DNA of 21,481 nucleotides from Armatimonadota bacterium (GTDB lineage: Bacteria > Vulcanimicrobiota > JACPDS01 > JBDRKI01). Position 1 is the first letter of the stretch; each line of letters begins with the position of its first letter. The notes beneath the pieces were generated by a model. It worked only from the letters and a program-made list of their open reading frames with translations. It made no database searches and was not told the origin of the DNA. Where the stretch lies: positions 1 to 21,481 of the forward strand of contig JBDRKI010000047.1 of assembly GCA_043814095.1 (NCBI GenBank), given 5' to 3'. Both the position numbers and the translations under genes were made by a program. Below are positions 8,546-17,651 of the stretch, in pieces.

Positions 8546-8612
8546 ATACCGTTCCTTTACAAGTAAATAACAATATTTACTTAATTAACGGGAGAACGGC
8601 TGTATTGGTTAA

Positions 8613-8642
8613 ATTATACCCTTTTTTTTATATAAAATGCAA
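8613..8642 (-). promoter_or_regulatory. sigma70-type promoter of PLD gene
   Basis: Minus strand TTGCAT (8642-8637), 18 nt, TATAAT (8618-8613). Confidence 0.55.
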
Positions 8643-8658
8643 GCCTCGCTTAATCAAT

Positions 8659-8686
8659 GCAGGATTTATGTAATAATAAAAGAATT
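8659..8686 (+). promoter_or_regulatory. SigH-like promoter of pilin operon
   Basis: GCAGGATTT...AAGAATT, with AGGA (8661-8664), 17 nt, GAAT (8682-8685). Matches the Bacillus SigH consensus. Confidence 0.55.
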
Positions 8687-8699
8687 AACTTAAATTACT

Positions 8700-9101
8700 A
8701 TGAAGAAGATTAAAAAAATACATGGTTATACTTTAATTGAAGTTATGCTTTCTATGTTTTTTCTTGCAGTCTGCATTCTTTTTATAATCTCCGTATTCCC
8801 CACGGCTACTTCCGCCATTAAAAAAGCAGAGAATGTTGAGGTGGCAACCAACCTAGGTGATAAAGAACTGGAATATAACAGGCGGCTCTCTTTTGCCTCT
8901 ATATCCGGCTATTCCGGCACTTATACATATAATGGATTTAGAAACGGCGCAAATTATACACAGAATTTTATATATAACGTGACTGTATCGGATATATCTT
9001 CCGACCTTAAAGACGTCCTAATAAATATAACATGGGCGGAGAAGAGCAGCTCTAACCACTCACTTAGAATGGAGACAGTTGTATTTAATGAAACTATATA
9101 A
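8700..9101 (+). CDS. Type IV prepilin-like minor pilin (PilV/GspI-like)
   Basis: Basic leader MKKIKKIHG, then YTLIEVMLSMFFLAVCILFII: class III signal peptide with E5. Confidence 0.88.
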   Translation: MKKIKKIHGYTLIEVMLSMFFLAVCILFIISVFPTATSAIKKAENVEVATNLGDKELEYNRRLSFASISGYSGTYTYNGFRNGANYTQNFIYNVTVSDISSDLKDVLINITWAEKSSSNHSLRMETVVFNETI

Positions 9102-9678
9102 AAGTTTGAATATAAAAAAGCCTAAAGGGATGACATTAATAGAACTGCTTGTGGCGGCTGCGATAACTGTTTTAATTACCTCTTTTATAGCTACCACTTT
9201 AATAATATCTTTAAAGTACTGGAAAATTATAGACCTAAAATCCGAAGTACAGCTTAACGCCATGGTAGGCATAGAAGGGTTAAAACAGGATATCTCCTCG
9301 TCAAACATAGGATCCTTTACCGTAAATTCAAGCTACCCGAAAGCGGTAAGCTTCCAGTCCGCGCTATATAACGGACAATTTTACGCTAATGCAGACGGTA
9401 CGCCCGCCTGGCAGACTTACATAATTTATTATCTGGCGGCAAATACCACCGACTTAAGAAAAAGAGAGATTTATTCTCCGGGAGCCATAGCCCCCTTATC
9501 ACAGCCCGCTCTTGTTTCTTACTGTGACGGCACGGGTGTTTTAAAAGCAATAGACGTAAATGATTTCAGCGCCGCGCTCGGCTCTGATTATGTTGATATA
9601 CTTATAAAAACAAGAATGGATTATAAAGGCAGTGAAAACTCTACAAGTTTAACAATGAGAGTGTATCCTAAAAACTGA
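9088..9678 (+). CDS. Type IV prepilin-like minor pilin (PilW/GspJ-like)
   Basis: KKPKG, then MTLIELLVAAAITVLI: class III signal peptide with E5. Alternative TTG start at 9079. Confidence 0.88.
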   Translation: MKLYKSLNIKKPKGMTLIELLVAAAITVLITSFIATTLIISLKYWKIIDLKSEVQLNAMVGIEGLKQDISSSNIGSFTVNSSYPKAVSFQSALYNGQFYANADGTPAWQTYIIYYLAANTTDLRKREIYSPGAIAPLSQPALVSYCDGTGVLKAIDVNDFSAALGSDYVDILIKTRMDYKGSENSTSLTMRVYPKN

Positions 9679-9686
9679 GGTAAAAG

Positions 9687-10937
9687 ATGAATAATAATAA
9701 AAGAAGGGGCATGTCATTTATAATAGTTCTGCTTACTGTTTCCCTTCTTGTTATAATAAGCTTCATGGTTGTTGTTTTAAACGCCCTTAACCTGCAGATG
9801 GTTACTAAAAACAGGGATACCGTAAAAGCATACTGGGCGGCGCAGGCCGGACTTGCTGACTCTCTTGCCCAGTTAAAATTAGATCTTAACTGGGCGGCCG
9901 GTTTTGCAAGCAAAGCCATGAATAACAATGAAGGCAACTATACCGTTACATTCACCCCCGGATCCAATCCTTACTCAACAAATAATACCTCAGGGGGTAC
10001 TGCCGTAACCGGATGGAATAATACAACCGTACCCGCGGGATGCGTGCATCTTGTTTCTACTGGAAGCTTCGGAAAGGGCATAAAAACTTCACAGGCTATC
10101 GTATATGGTTCAAGCGGGGGGAGTTTTTTCAGATACCCCTACCTTACACAGGATAAAATAACAATAAACAGGGGATTTGTATCTGACAGCTTTGATTCTT
10201 CGGTAGGCACCTACGCAGAAACACAGCAGAATTCAAACGGATCTATAAGATCAAATGATACACAGAATAATACTGTTAATATATCCGCCACCGGCGGGAG
10301 CCCCTCTTATGTTTACGGGGATGTTATAGTGGGGCCGGGCGCGGATGTTAATACTGCAATAAGTATAGCCGCAAATGCTACTGTTAGCGGTTCTTTAATT
10401 GCCGCAGGTTCTTTATACAGTTTTCCGGAGATTACCGTAACGCCTAATTCAAATAATTTATCAATATCGGGAGCTCAGTCACTGCCGGCAGGGACTTACG
10501 GCACACTCTCCTTAAGCAAAAACGCCCAGCTTACGCTTACAGGAACGGAATACACATTTGACACGGTTTCTTTCGGTAAGGATGCACAATTAATAATCCC
10601 GCCCGGGAGTGATCCGGTTACCGTCTATTTAGACGGCAATATGGATACAAGCGGCGGGTCTATAGTTAATAATACCTTAAAGCCGACACATTTGATATTC
10701 TACGGTTCAGATAACTGTTCAACCGTAAAATTATCGAGCGACGCATTTCTTGCAATTTATGCAAGAAATGCTACTTTCTTCCCGTCAGGCTCGCTCGCGC
10801 ATATATACGGAGCAGTAGCAGTAAAGCAGATGAACGGTAAAAATAACCTGCAGGTGCATTTTGACAGAGCACTGGGAGATATGGAAGTGCCGGGTTATAC
10901 AGCAGAAGGCGAATTAATAATAAAATCAAAATGGTAA
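9687..10937 (+). CDS. PilX/GspK-like minor pilin with large beta-rich C-terminal domain
   Basis: KRRG, then MSFIIVLLTV with no E5 (PilX/GspK hallmark). AYWAAQAG PilX-N motif. G/S/T/N-rich C-terminus ending IYGAV..VHFDRAL. Confidence 0.82.
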   Translation: MNNNKRRGMSFIIVLLTVSLLVIISFMVVVLNALNLQMVTKNRDTVKAYWAAQAGLADSLAQLKLDLNWAAGFASKAMNNNEGNYTVTFTPGSNPYSTNNTSGGTAVTGWNNTTVPAGCVHLVSTGSFGKGIKTSQAIVYGSSGGSFFRYPYLTQDKITINRGFVSDSFDSSVGTYAETQQNSNGSIRSNDTQNNTVNISATGGSPSYVYGDVIVGPGADVNTAISIAANATVSGSLIAAGSLYSFPEITVTPNSNNLSISGAQSLPAGTYGTLSLSKNAQLTLTGTEYTFDTVSFGKDAQLIIPPGSDPVTVYLDGNMDTSGGSIVNNTLKPTHLIFYGSDNCSTVKLSSDAFLAIYARNATFFPSGSLAHIYGAVAVKQMNGKNNLQVHFDRALGDMEVPGYTAEGELIIKSKW

Positions 10938-10947
10938 GGGGTATCTT

Positions 10948-12639
10948 ATGAGAACCATAGAACAGAAAATCAAGGAATTCGGCGATACACTGGTACAGGC
11001 AGATTTAATATCTCAGGAACAGTGGGATAAGCTTCTTGAGGAATATAAAAATTCCAATTTGAGCATAGATAAATTAATTATTGCCAAAAAAATATTCGGA
11101 CCCAATGAAACCATGCAGATACTTGAATTATATTACGGGGTTCCTTACGTAAATCTGTCAGAATATATTCTACAGAGGGAAGCATTAGAGCTTTTATCCG
11201 AAGATTTCTGCCGGTCCGCTAAACTCATACCGATAAATCTTAAAGACGATAAACTTGTCGTTGCTATGGCAGATCCCACAGACATACTTGTGCAGGATAA
11301 TCTGCGCAGTTTAACAGGAAAAGACATACAGCTTGTTTTCGCCGATGAAGACAGTATTATAAGGGCGATTGATATGTATTACGCGGGAGCCAAAACCTAT
11401 AAACTTTCCGATTCAGTAGAAGGATTCGGCAAAGAAACAATTGAGCTTGCCGAGAGCGTCCAAAAAATGTTAAAGCTGGGAAAAGAAACCCCCGTAGTCA
11501 GTCTTATAAACGATATTCTTTTAAAGGCAGTATCCTCAAATGCAAGTGATATTCATATTGAGCCAACAAGGAATGAAGTAGTTGTCCGCTTCAGGGTTGA
11601 CGGAATGTTAAGGGTCTTTTTAACGGCTCCCATACTCCTGCATGCTCCCATAGCGTCACGCATAAAAATCATGAGCGGGCTTGATATATCGGAAAAACGC
11701 ATGCCCCAGGACGGCAGGGCGGACATAAGGGTAAGGGACAGGATAATTGACTTAAGGGTAAGCACGCTCCCTTCTATTTTCGGAGAGGCTGTCGCGATAA
11801 GAATTTTAGATAAAAAGCTTGCCATACTTGACCTTGAAAACATAGGTTTCTGCAAAGAAAACCTGGCGAAAATAAAAGAAATGATCACCAGCACCTACGG
11901 CATGCTCCTTATATGCGGCCCTACCGGCTCGGGTAAAACAAGCACGGGCTATGCGATATGCAACAGGATAAAAAGCGTAGAAAAAAATACGATAAGCATT
12001 GAAGACCCTGTTGAATACCAGGTTGATGATATCACCCAGGTCCAGATAAACCATGAGATAGGCCTTACATTCGCCAAAGTCCTGCGCTCAATATTAAGAC
12101 AGGACCCGGATATCGTGCTTGTGGGTGAGATGCGCGACCTTGAAACCGCGGACATTGCCGTTCACGCCGCTCTTACCGGCCACCTTGTAATAAGCACCCT
12201 CCACACGCAGGATACGGCAACGGCCATAGCCCGCCTTCTTGATATGGGGATACACTCATATCTTATTAATTCGGCGATAAGAGGAGTAATATCCCAGCGG
12301 TTGGTAAGAAAAATATGCCCTAACTGCAAAAAAGAGATACCCACGCCTCTTGACCTGTGGAAAGTGGCTTTCGGCTCCCAGTATACTGTCCCCGAAAAAA
12401 TATTCAAGGGTATGGGATGCAATGTATGCTTCGGCACGGGGTACTTCGGCAGAACAATAATAGGGGAAGTACTCCCCATAACAGAAGGAATAAGAACCGC
12501 CATTGCGGTAAACCCGGAAAAGAATAATATCCTTATGGTCGCGAAAGACGAAGGGCTGATCACATTAAAAGATGAAGCAATGTTAAAAGCCAAAGAAGGA
12601 ATTACGACTATTGATGAAGTAATAAGAGTAATTTTATAA
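10948..12639 (+). CDS. pilB: PilB/GspE-family pilus assembly ATPase
   Basis: ASDIHIEP, RFRVDG, PQDGR, Walker A GPTGSGKT, EDPVEY, LRQDPD..VGEMRD, TGHLVISTLH, tetracysteine CPNC/CNVC. Confidence 0.93.
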   Translation: MRTIEQKIKEFGDTLVQADLISQEQWDKLLEEYKNSNLSIDKLIIAKKIFGPNETMQILELYYGVPYVNLSEYILQREALELLSEDFCRSAKLIPINLKDDKLVVAMADPTDILVQDNLRSLTGKDIQLVFADEDSIIRAIDMYYAGAKTYKLSDSVEGFGKETIELAESVQKMLKLGKETPVVSLINDILLKAVSSNASDIHIEPTRNEVVVRFRVDGMLRVFLTAPILLHAPIASRIKIMSGLDISEKRMPQDGRADIRVRDRIIDLRVSTLPSIFGEAVAIRILDKKLAILDLENIGFCKENLAKIKEMITSTYGMLLICGPTGSGKTSTGYAICNRIKSVEKNTISIEDPVEYQVDDITQVQINHEIGLTFAKVLRSILRQDPDIVLVGEMRDLETADIAVHAALTGHLVISTLHTQDTATAIARLLDMGIHSYLINSAIRGVISQRLVRKICPNCKKEIPTPLDLWKVAFGSQYTVPEKIFKGMGCNVCFGTGYFGRTIIGEVLPITEGIRTAIAVNPEKNNILMVAKDEGLITLKDEAMLKAKEGITTIDEVIRVIL

Positions 12640-12676
12640 AGAGGGAATAAGCCATTTGTAAAGAAGGTTATATGTT

Positions 12677-13048
12677 ATGAAAAAATTAAAATATATACTA
12701 TATATAGCAGTTTCGGGGCTTATTCTGCCTTTATTATGCGGATTCAGGCTTCCTCCGGATTCCGCCAAGGAATTAATCCCCGTGGAAACAATACAGAGCC
12801 AGGTAAGCGGCTTTAAATGGATAACCATTATAGCCCTTATAATTCTGGCAATTTCGGTAACAGCCAATATTATATTAATACTTTACATGCTGCGCCAGCA
12901 AAACCAGATATCTGACGCTTTGCTGACCATTAAAAATTACAACGCGAACAGGGACGCGGTAAACCAGATAGCGGAAAAAGTCAGAGTTTATACAAACCAG
13001 GAAAAAAAAGATGATATTGAGGTAATAAGGAAACAGAAGCTGGATTAA
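12677..13048 (+). CDS. Hypothetical membrane protein (N-terminal hydrophobic segment plus one TM helix)
   Basis: ILYIAVSGLILPLLCGF and WITIIALIILAISVTANIILILYML hydrophobic segments; co-oriented within the cluster. Confidence 0.7.
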   Translation: MKKLKYILYIAVSGLILPLLCGFRLPPDSAKELIPVETIQSQVSGFKWITIIALIILAISVTANIILILYMLRQQNQISDALLTIKNYNANRDAVNQIAEKVRVYTNQEKKDDIEVIRKQKLD

Positions 13049-13064
13049 ATAAAAGGTGAAAATA

Positions 13065-14168
13065 ATGAGTGAGATGATAAAAATAGGAGAAGAGGGGTAT
13101 AATGTAATTGAATTTTATACCAATTTCCTCCATGACCTGCGTGCGGAACTTACTATTATAGGCGGATATGCCTCAATAATATCCGAAGAAAGCGAAAACT
13201 CCGAAATAAAAGCAAATGCGGAGCTTATCTCCGATTCGTATAAAAAAATGGCCGAAGCAATAAACAACGTAAACGACCTTATAAGGATAGAATCAGGCGT
13301 TACCAAATTTAAAAAAGAAGATATAGATCTTAAAAAGATTATAAGCGACATTCTGCTTGAAAACGCCAAACTTTTGGAAGAAAAACAACTTGTGGTTGAG
13401 TTTAACCCCGATAGCGAACAGATATGGATCACAAGCGATCCGGAAGGAATACAAAAAGCATTTACGCATATAATTGATGCTTCCATCGGCTTCTGTCCCA
13501 TGGGCAGCCGCATCAAAATCAATATAATGCGCGGTGAAAAAATCTGGAAAGGCTACCTTCAGGATAACGGCCCCGGCATACCCGTGGAAGACGTCCCGAA
13601 CTTATTTAAGCCGTTCCAGAATATACAGTCGCTGTCATATACCGGGCAGAGCAGGATAGGCCTTAAGCTTCTTATTGCGAAAGAAATATTAGGGCACCTG
13701 GACGGAAAACTCTGGGCCGAAAGCCAGCCGAATAAGGGGATAAAATTGAATTTTGAACTACCGGTTAAAAAAGAAATAGAGAAAAAAAGAGTCCTCATAA
13801 TAGAAGACAACCTTACAATAGCTAAAATGTGGGAAGCCAAACTTAAAAAAACCTATACTGTGGATATCGCGCCCAACGGTCCGGAAGGATTAAAAAAAGC
13901 CCAGGAGCATCATCCCCATATAGTTATACTGGATATACTTATGCCGGGCATGGACGGGTTTGAAGTCTGCAAGCAGTTGAAAGCAAATCCCGAACTTGTC
14001 AATGTGCCTGTAATATTCTTATCCAATCTGCTGCAGGAGCACCTGAAGGAGAAAGCCAAAGCTGCCGGCGCGGTAGATATTATAACTAAATCTTCGGTAT
14101 CCCCTTCCGACCTGGCCGCCAAAATAGAAGAAATACTGGCCAAATATCATACCGATACCGGAGAATAA
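13065..14168 (+). CDS. Sensorless hybrid histidine kinase-like protein (degenerate HisKA-HATPase) with receiver domain
   Basis: H-box HDLRAEL, G1 DNGPGI, F-box LFKPF; REC with IIED, ILDILMPGMDG, S, K. Start at ATG 13065 (AAGGTG RBS); the ORF track uses GTG 13056. Confidence 0.88.
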   Translation: MSEMIKIGEEGYNVIEFYTNFLHDLRAELTIIGGYASIISEESENSEIKANAELISDSYKKMAEAINNVNDLIRIESGVTKFKKEDIDLKKIISDILLENAKLLEEKQLVVEFNPDSEQIWITSDPEGIQKAFTHIIDASIGFCPMGSRIKINIMRGEKIWKGYLQDNGPGIPVEDVPNLFKPFQNIQSLSYTGQSRIGLKLLIAKEILGHLDGKLWAESQPNKGIKLNFELPVKKEIEKKRVLIIEDNLTIAKMWEAKLKKTYTVDIAPNGPEGLKKAQEHHPHIVILDILMPGMDGFEVCKQLKANPELVNVPVIFLSNLLQEHLKEKAKAAGAVDIITKSSVSPSDLAAKIEEILAKYHTDTGE

Positions 14169-14201
14169 CCAACACAAAACACAGCAAGCGGAGCAGCGAA
14201 A

Positions 14202-16523
14202 ATGATTAGCACCCTGGTTTTAAACCCTGAAATAAAAGATATATCTTTTATAGAACAGTTAAGAAAAAGTAAAAAATACAGGATCACGGGCGTAGTTACT
14301 AACAAAAAGACGCTCCCGCGTTACTTTAACCGGTTGAAAATTATTCATCCAAACCATATCAAGGGGATTGATTTGCGTAAAATAGATCTTCTCCTTGAGC
14401 TAAATCCCAGCAAAAGCTTAATATTTGAAATCGCATCGGACTACCTGTCCGAGATAAAAGTAATCACGCATAAAGATTATAAAGTGCTGTCTGGTATTTT
14501 TTTCAATAACAAAAAACACCTTGAAAGGCTTATTGATATCACAAAAAAAGACTCCCGCCTTCTGGAATTCAAAAAAGGGTTAGACAGAAAATTCCTGGAA
14601 TTCGCCATAACGCTTGAAGTTTCAAGATTTATAAACGCCCCGCTGGGCCAGGCAGGCACTGTTGAGGCCCTTTTCAATACGCTGCACAGAAAGATAAACA
14701 TAAGCGCGTGCGCCGTTAACTTTTTTAAGCCGGACATAAATGAGCTTTTCGCGACAACCAATATGAATATGGGGGAATCCCAGAAAAAAACATTCATAGA
14801 TAAAATAACCGATTTTTCAAAAGAACTCTCAAAAAAACAGACCGTATTAAAAGAGCTGACTCATACAGACTTGCGTAAAAGCAAAAAACTTAAATTATTT
14901 AAAAATTTCAAAATAACATCGGGAAACCTAATTCTCGGCGCCTTAAGCGTGGCATCGGTAAAAAACCGCCTGACACAGAAAGAAATAGAATTCATAACTA
15001 TTCTTGCAAAACAGTTCGCCGTGTTTCTTGAGAATGATTACGATAAAGAACTCCTGGCAAAAGAGAAAAACATCATAGAATCAATCGTACAGAGCATGGC
15101 TGAAGGCGTGATATTCGTTGATAAACAGCAGAGGATAGCTATTATAAACAATGCGGCCAAGTCAATTTTAAACATAAAAAAAGAAGTCCTGGGCAGGAAA
15201 ATTTACACCTATATTAAAAATAAGGAAGTATTAAACCTTCTGGATATAATAAAATCGGATCTCGGCAATTTTATATACAAGGAAATAACCATCGAGGACC
15301 AGACCCGCCCCCGAAAAAGAATCATCAGGTGCTACGCCTTAAAAACGCTTGATGTGCATAAAAAGCCGCTGGGCACAACCCTTGTTTTTAATGACATAAC
15401 ACACGAAAAAGAAGTAGCCGAGGCAAGGATAGAATTTTTATCGGCAACATCCCACGAATTAAGAACCCCTCTTGCGGCGATAAAAGAATCAATAGAGCTT
15501 CTCTCTGAAGATACAGGCGCCGGATACTCCGACGAACAGAAGCACCTCTTGGGTATATCCAGGAAAAACATAAGGCGGCTGGCAACCCTTATAAACGACC
15601 TTCTGGATATTACCAAAATAGAATCTGGAAAAATGAAATTTAATTTTGAAAAATCCGACATTAAAAAAATCCTTGGAGAATCCGTATCAACTTTTGAAAT
15701 ACTTGCAAAAGAAAAGGGTATAACTCTTAAAACGGAAATCAACAGGGATATCCCCGAGATACATATTGACAGGCAGCGCATTATGCAGGTTATGGCAAAT
15801 CTCCTCTCTAATGCCGTTAAATTCACAAAGCCGGGCGGGGAAATAACCCTGGAAGCGGATTATTATCAGTATGATCCCAACCTTATATGTATCTCCATAG
15901 AAGACCAGGGTGTAGGTATAGATAAAAAAGATATGCCTAATCTGTTTAAAAAATTCCAGCAGTTTAGCAAAACAGAGGACAAGCTTATAGGAAGCACGGG
16001 ACTGGGACTTGTAATAGCAAAAGATATAACCGAACAGCATAACGGCAATATATGGGTGGAAAGCCAGCTCGGCAAAGGCACTAAATTCAGCTTCACGATT
16101 CCTGTTGAAAGGCGTGAAGGCGTAAATAAGCCTAAAAAAATTCTTGTGATTGACAACGATCCAAACTTTGTAAATTACATAACTTCACACCTTGAAAAAA
16201 ACAAATTCCACGCAATCAAGGCGCATACCGGCAAAGAAGCAATTAAAAAGATAAACACCTTATCCCCCGATCTTATAATATTAGACACCCGGACCCCGGA
16301 TATAAATACATACAGGATTAATAAATTCCTGCGCAAAACAGCTGATTCCAAGAAAACACCTCTTATCATGCTGACTGCCATGGATAAAGAAGGTAAAAAA
16401 TCCAAGTTAAAAACTTCATTGGGTGATAAAAATATATCCGGCATTTTGATAGAAAAAGATTCTATTGCTAAAGAACTTTTAAAAACAATAAACCTGCTGC
16501 TTAAAAAAGAGGCTGCAAAGTGA
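14202..16523 (+). CDS. Cytoplasmic hybrid sensor histidine kinase (GAF-like, PAS, HisKA, HATPase, REC)
   Basis: PAS SMAEGVIFVD..NNAA..DIT; SHELRTPL; NLLSNAVKFT; DQGVGI; GSTGLGL; C-terminal REC IDND..ILD. No TM segment seen. Confidence 0.92.
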   Translation: MISTLVLNPEIKDISFIEQLRKSKKYRITGVVTNKKTLPRYFNRLKIIHPNHIKGIDLRKIDLLLELNPSKSLIFEIASDYLSEIKVITHKDYKVLSGIFFNNKKHLERLIDITKKDSRLLEFKKGLDRKFLEFAITLEVSRFINAPLGQAGTVEALFNTLHRKINISACAVNFFKPDINELFATTNMNMGESQKKTFIDKITDFSKELSKKQTVLKELTHTDLRKSKKLKLFKNFKITSGNLILGALSVASVKNRLTQKEIEFITILAKQFAVFLENDYDKELLAKEKNIIESIVQSMAEGVIFVDKQQRIAIINNAAKSILNIKKEVLGRKIYTYIKNKEVLNLLDIIKSDLGNFIYKEITIEDQTRPRKRIIRCYALKTLDVHKKPLGTTLVFNDITHEKEVAEARIEFLSATSHELRTPLAAIKESIELLSEDTGAGYSDEQKHLLGISRKNIRRLATLINDLLDITKIESGKMKFNFEKSDIKKILGESVSTFEILAKEKGITLKTEINRDIPEIHIDRQRIMQVMANLLSNAVKFTKPGGEITLEADYYQYDPNLICISIEDQGVGIDKKDMPNLFKKFQQFSKTEDKLIGSTGLGLVIAKDITEQHNGNIWVESQLGKGTKFSFTIPVERREGVNKPKKILVIDNDPNFVNYITSHLEKNKFHAIKAHTGKEAIKKINTLSPDLIILDTRTPDINTYRINKFLRKTADSKKTPLIMLTAMDKEGKKSKLKTSLGDKNISGILIEKDSIAKELLKTINLLLKKEAAK

Positions 16524-16885
16524 AAAAAATATTAATAGTAGATGACGAAAAAGATATAGTAAACATGATAGCAATCAGGCTCAAAAGATGGGGATATATC
16601 CCTCTTAAAGCGTTTGACGGGAAAGAAGCTTTAAATTTAATAAAAAAAGAGCCTCCCGACCTTATAATACTTGACCTTAAAATGCCCAAAGTTGACGGAT
16701 ATGAGTTCTGCAAAAAGTTAAGGGAACAGAAGAAAAACAAAGATATACCAATCTTAATATATACCGCCTCAACCGCCGTAGACCACAACTCTATCGTTAA
16801 TAAAACAGATGTTCTGGAAGTTATAACAAAACCGTTTGATCCGGATTATTTAAAAGACAGACTGGAAAAAATTCTTAACCAGTAA
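16520..16885 (+). CDS. Single-domain response regulator
   Basis: ILIVDDE, ILDLKMPKVDG, YTA, TKPFD. GTG start overlaps the upstream stop (GTGA). Confidence 0.93.
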   Translation: MKKILIVDDEKDIVNMIAIRLKRWGYIPLKAFDGKEALNLIKKEPPDLIILDLKMPKVDGYEFCKKLREQKKNKDIPILIYTASTAVDHNSIVNKTDVLEVITKPFDPDYLKDRLEKILNQ

Positions 16886-16892
16886 ACCGGAG

Positions 16893-17621
16893 TTATTCAA
16901 AAGCTATAACACAGCCTGCTCTAACCTGATTTAAGTAGCTTGTTTCCGTTAAGCCGCATCCGTAAGAAGCATCAAAAATAATATTATCTGTAATTCTGTA
17001 CCTCATGCCCAGCTGGGAGATTACAGGACCTGCGTCGTTATTAGAAGACTCTCCGAAAACCTCTCCTACTAAACTCCATTTTCCGGCAAGAGCTCTATCA
17101 AACGAAACACCATATAATACAGAACACGGATCTGAGGTGGAATATCCTAAATTAAAATCAAATGCAGCACCGAAGAGCTCTTTTTCCCAGAAAAGGCGCG
17201 TACTGTTCTCAGGGATACCCATTTCTATGCTCTCAACACCGTCATTTAAATCAAATGAGGTTTTTATGCCGAAAGCAGGGCTATGCTCTGTTTCTTCAGA
17301 AAACCTGGATTTAAGAGAGATAACCGTATCTCCCAGCCCCATCCGTATATTGTCATCAAGAGGGCTTATAAACGCCTGGAGCTGGTCCACAATAATATCC
17401 AGATTATCAAAAACACCTATATTCAGAGTAAAGGGATGAAAAATCTCTGTAGAACCGTCCCTGTTATTTACCCACTGGTATCCCAGCTCAAGCTCGTAAT
17501 TGCCCTTCCCGACAGTGCCGGCATCTTCCGTAAGAAGGGGGGGGGCAGCCCATACGTATATAAAACTGCTGAAAAAGAAAATTATTATTAATAAAATAGT
17601 TAATTTAAATTTATTCTCCAC
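16893..17621 (-). CDS. Putative outer-membrane beta-barrel transporter (MetA-pathway/phenol-degradation-like family)
   Basis: Signal peptide, then PPLLTEDAGTVGKG.YELE; GLGD..ISLK.RF motif; alternating amphipathic strands; aromatic residue near the C-terminus (AFE). Confidence 0.72.
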   Translation of the reverse strand: MENKFKLTILLIIIFFFSSFIYVWAAPPLLTEDAGTVGKGNYELELGYQWVNNRDGSTEIFHPFTLNIGVFDNLDIIVDQLQAFISPLDDNIRMGLGDTVISLKSRFSEETEHSPAFGIKTSFDLNDGVESIEMGIPENSTRLFWEKELFGAAFDFNLGYSTSDPCSVLYGVSFDRALAGKWSLVGEVFGESSNNDAGPVISQLGMRYRITDNIIFDASYGCGLTETSYLNQVRAGCVIAFE

Positions 17622-17651
17622 AACTCACCCCAGTCTATTTATATAAAACAT

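Noticed and set aside
12677-14168. Membrane protein and pseudo-kinase being one frameshifted sensor kinase (A8 at 13002-13009)
   Set aside because: The kinase frame has a TAA shortly after the A-run, and the kinase has its own RBS and ATG.
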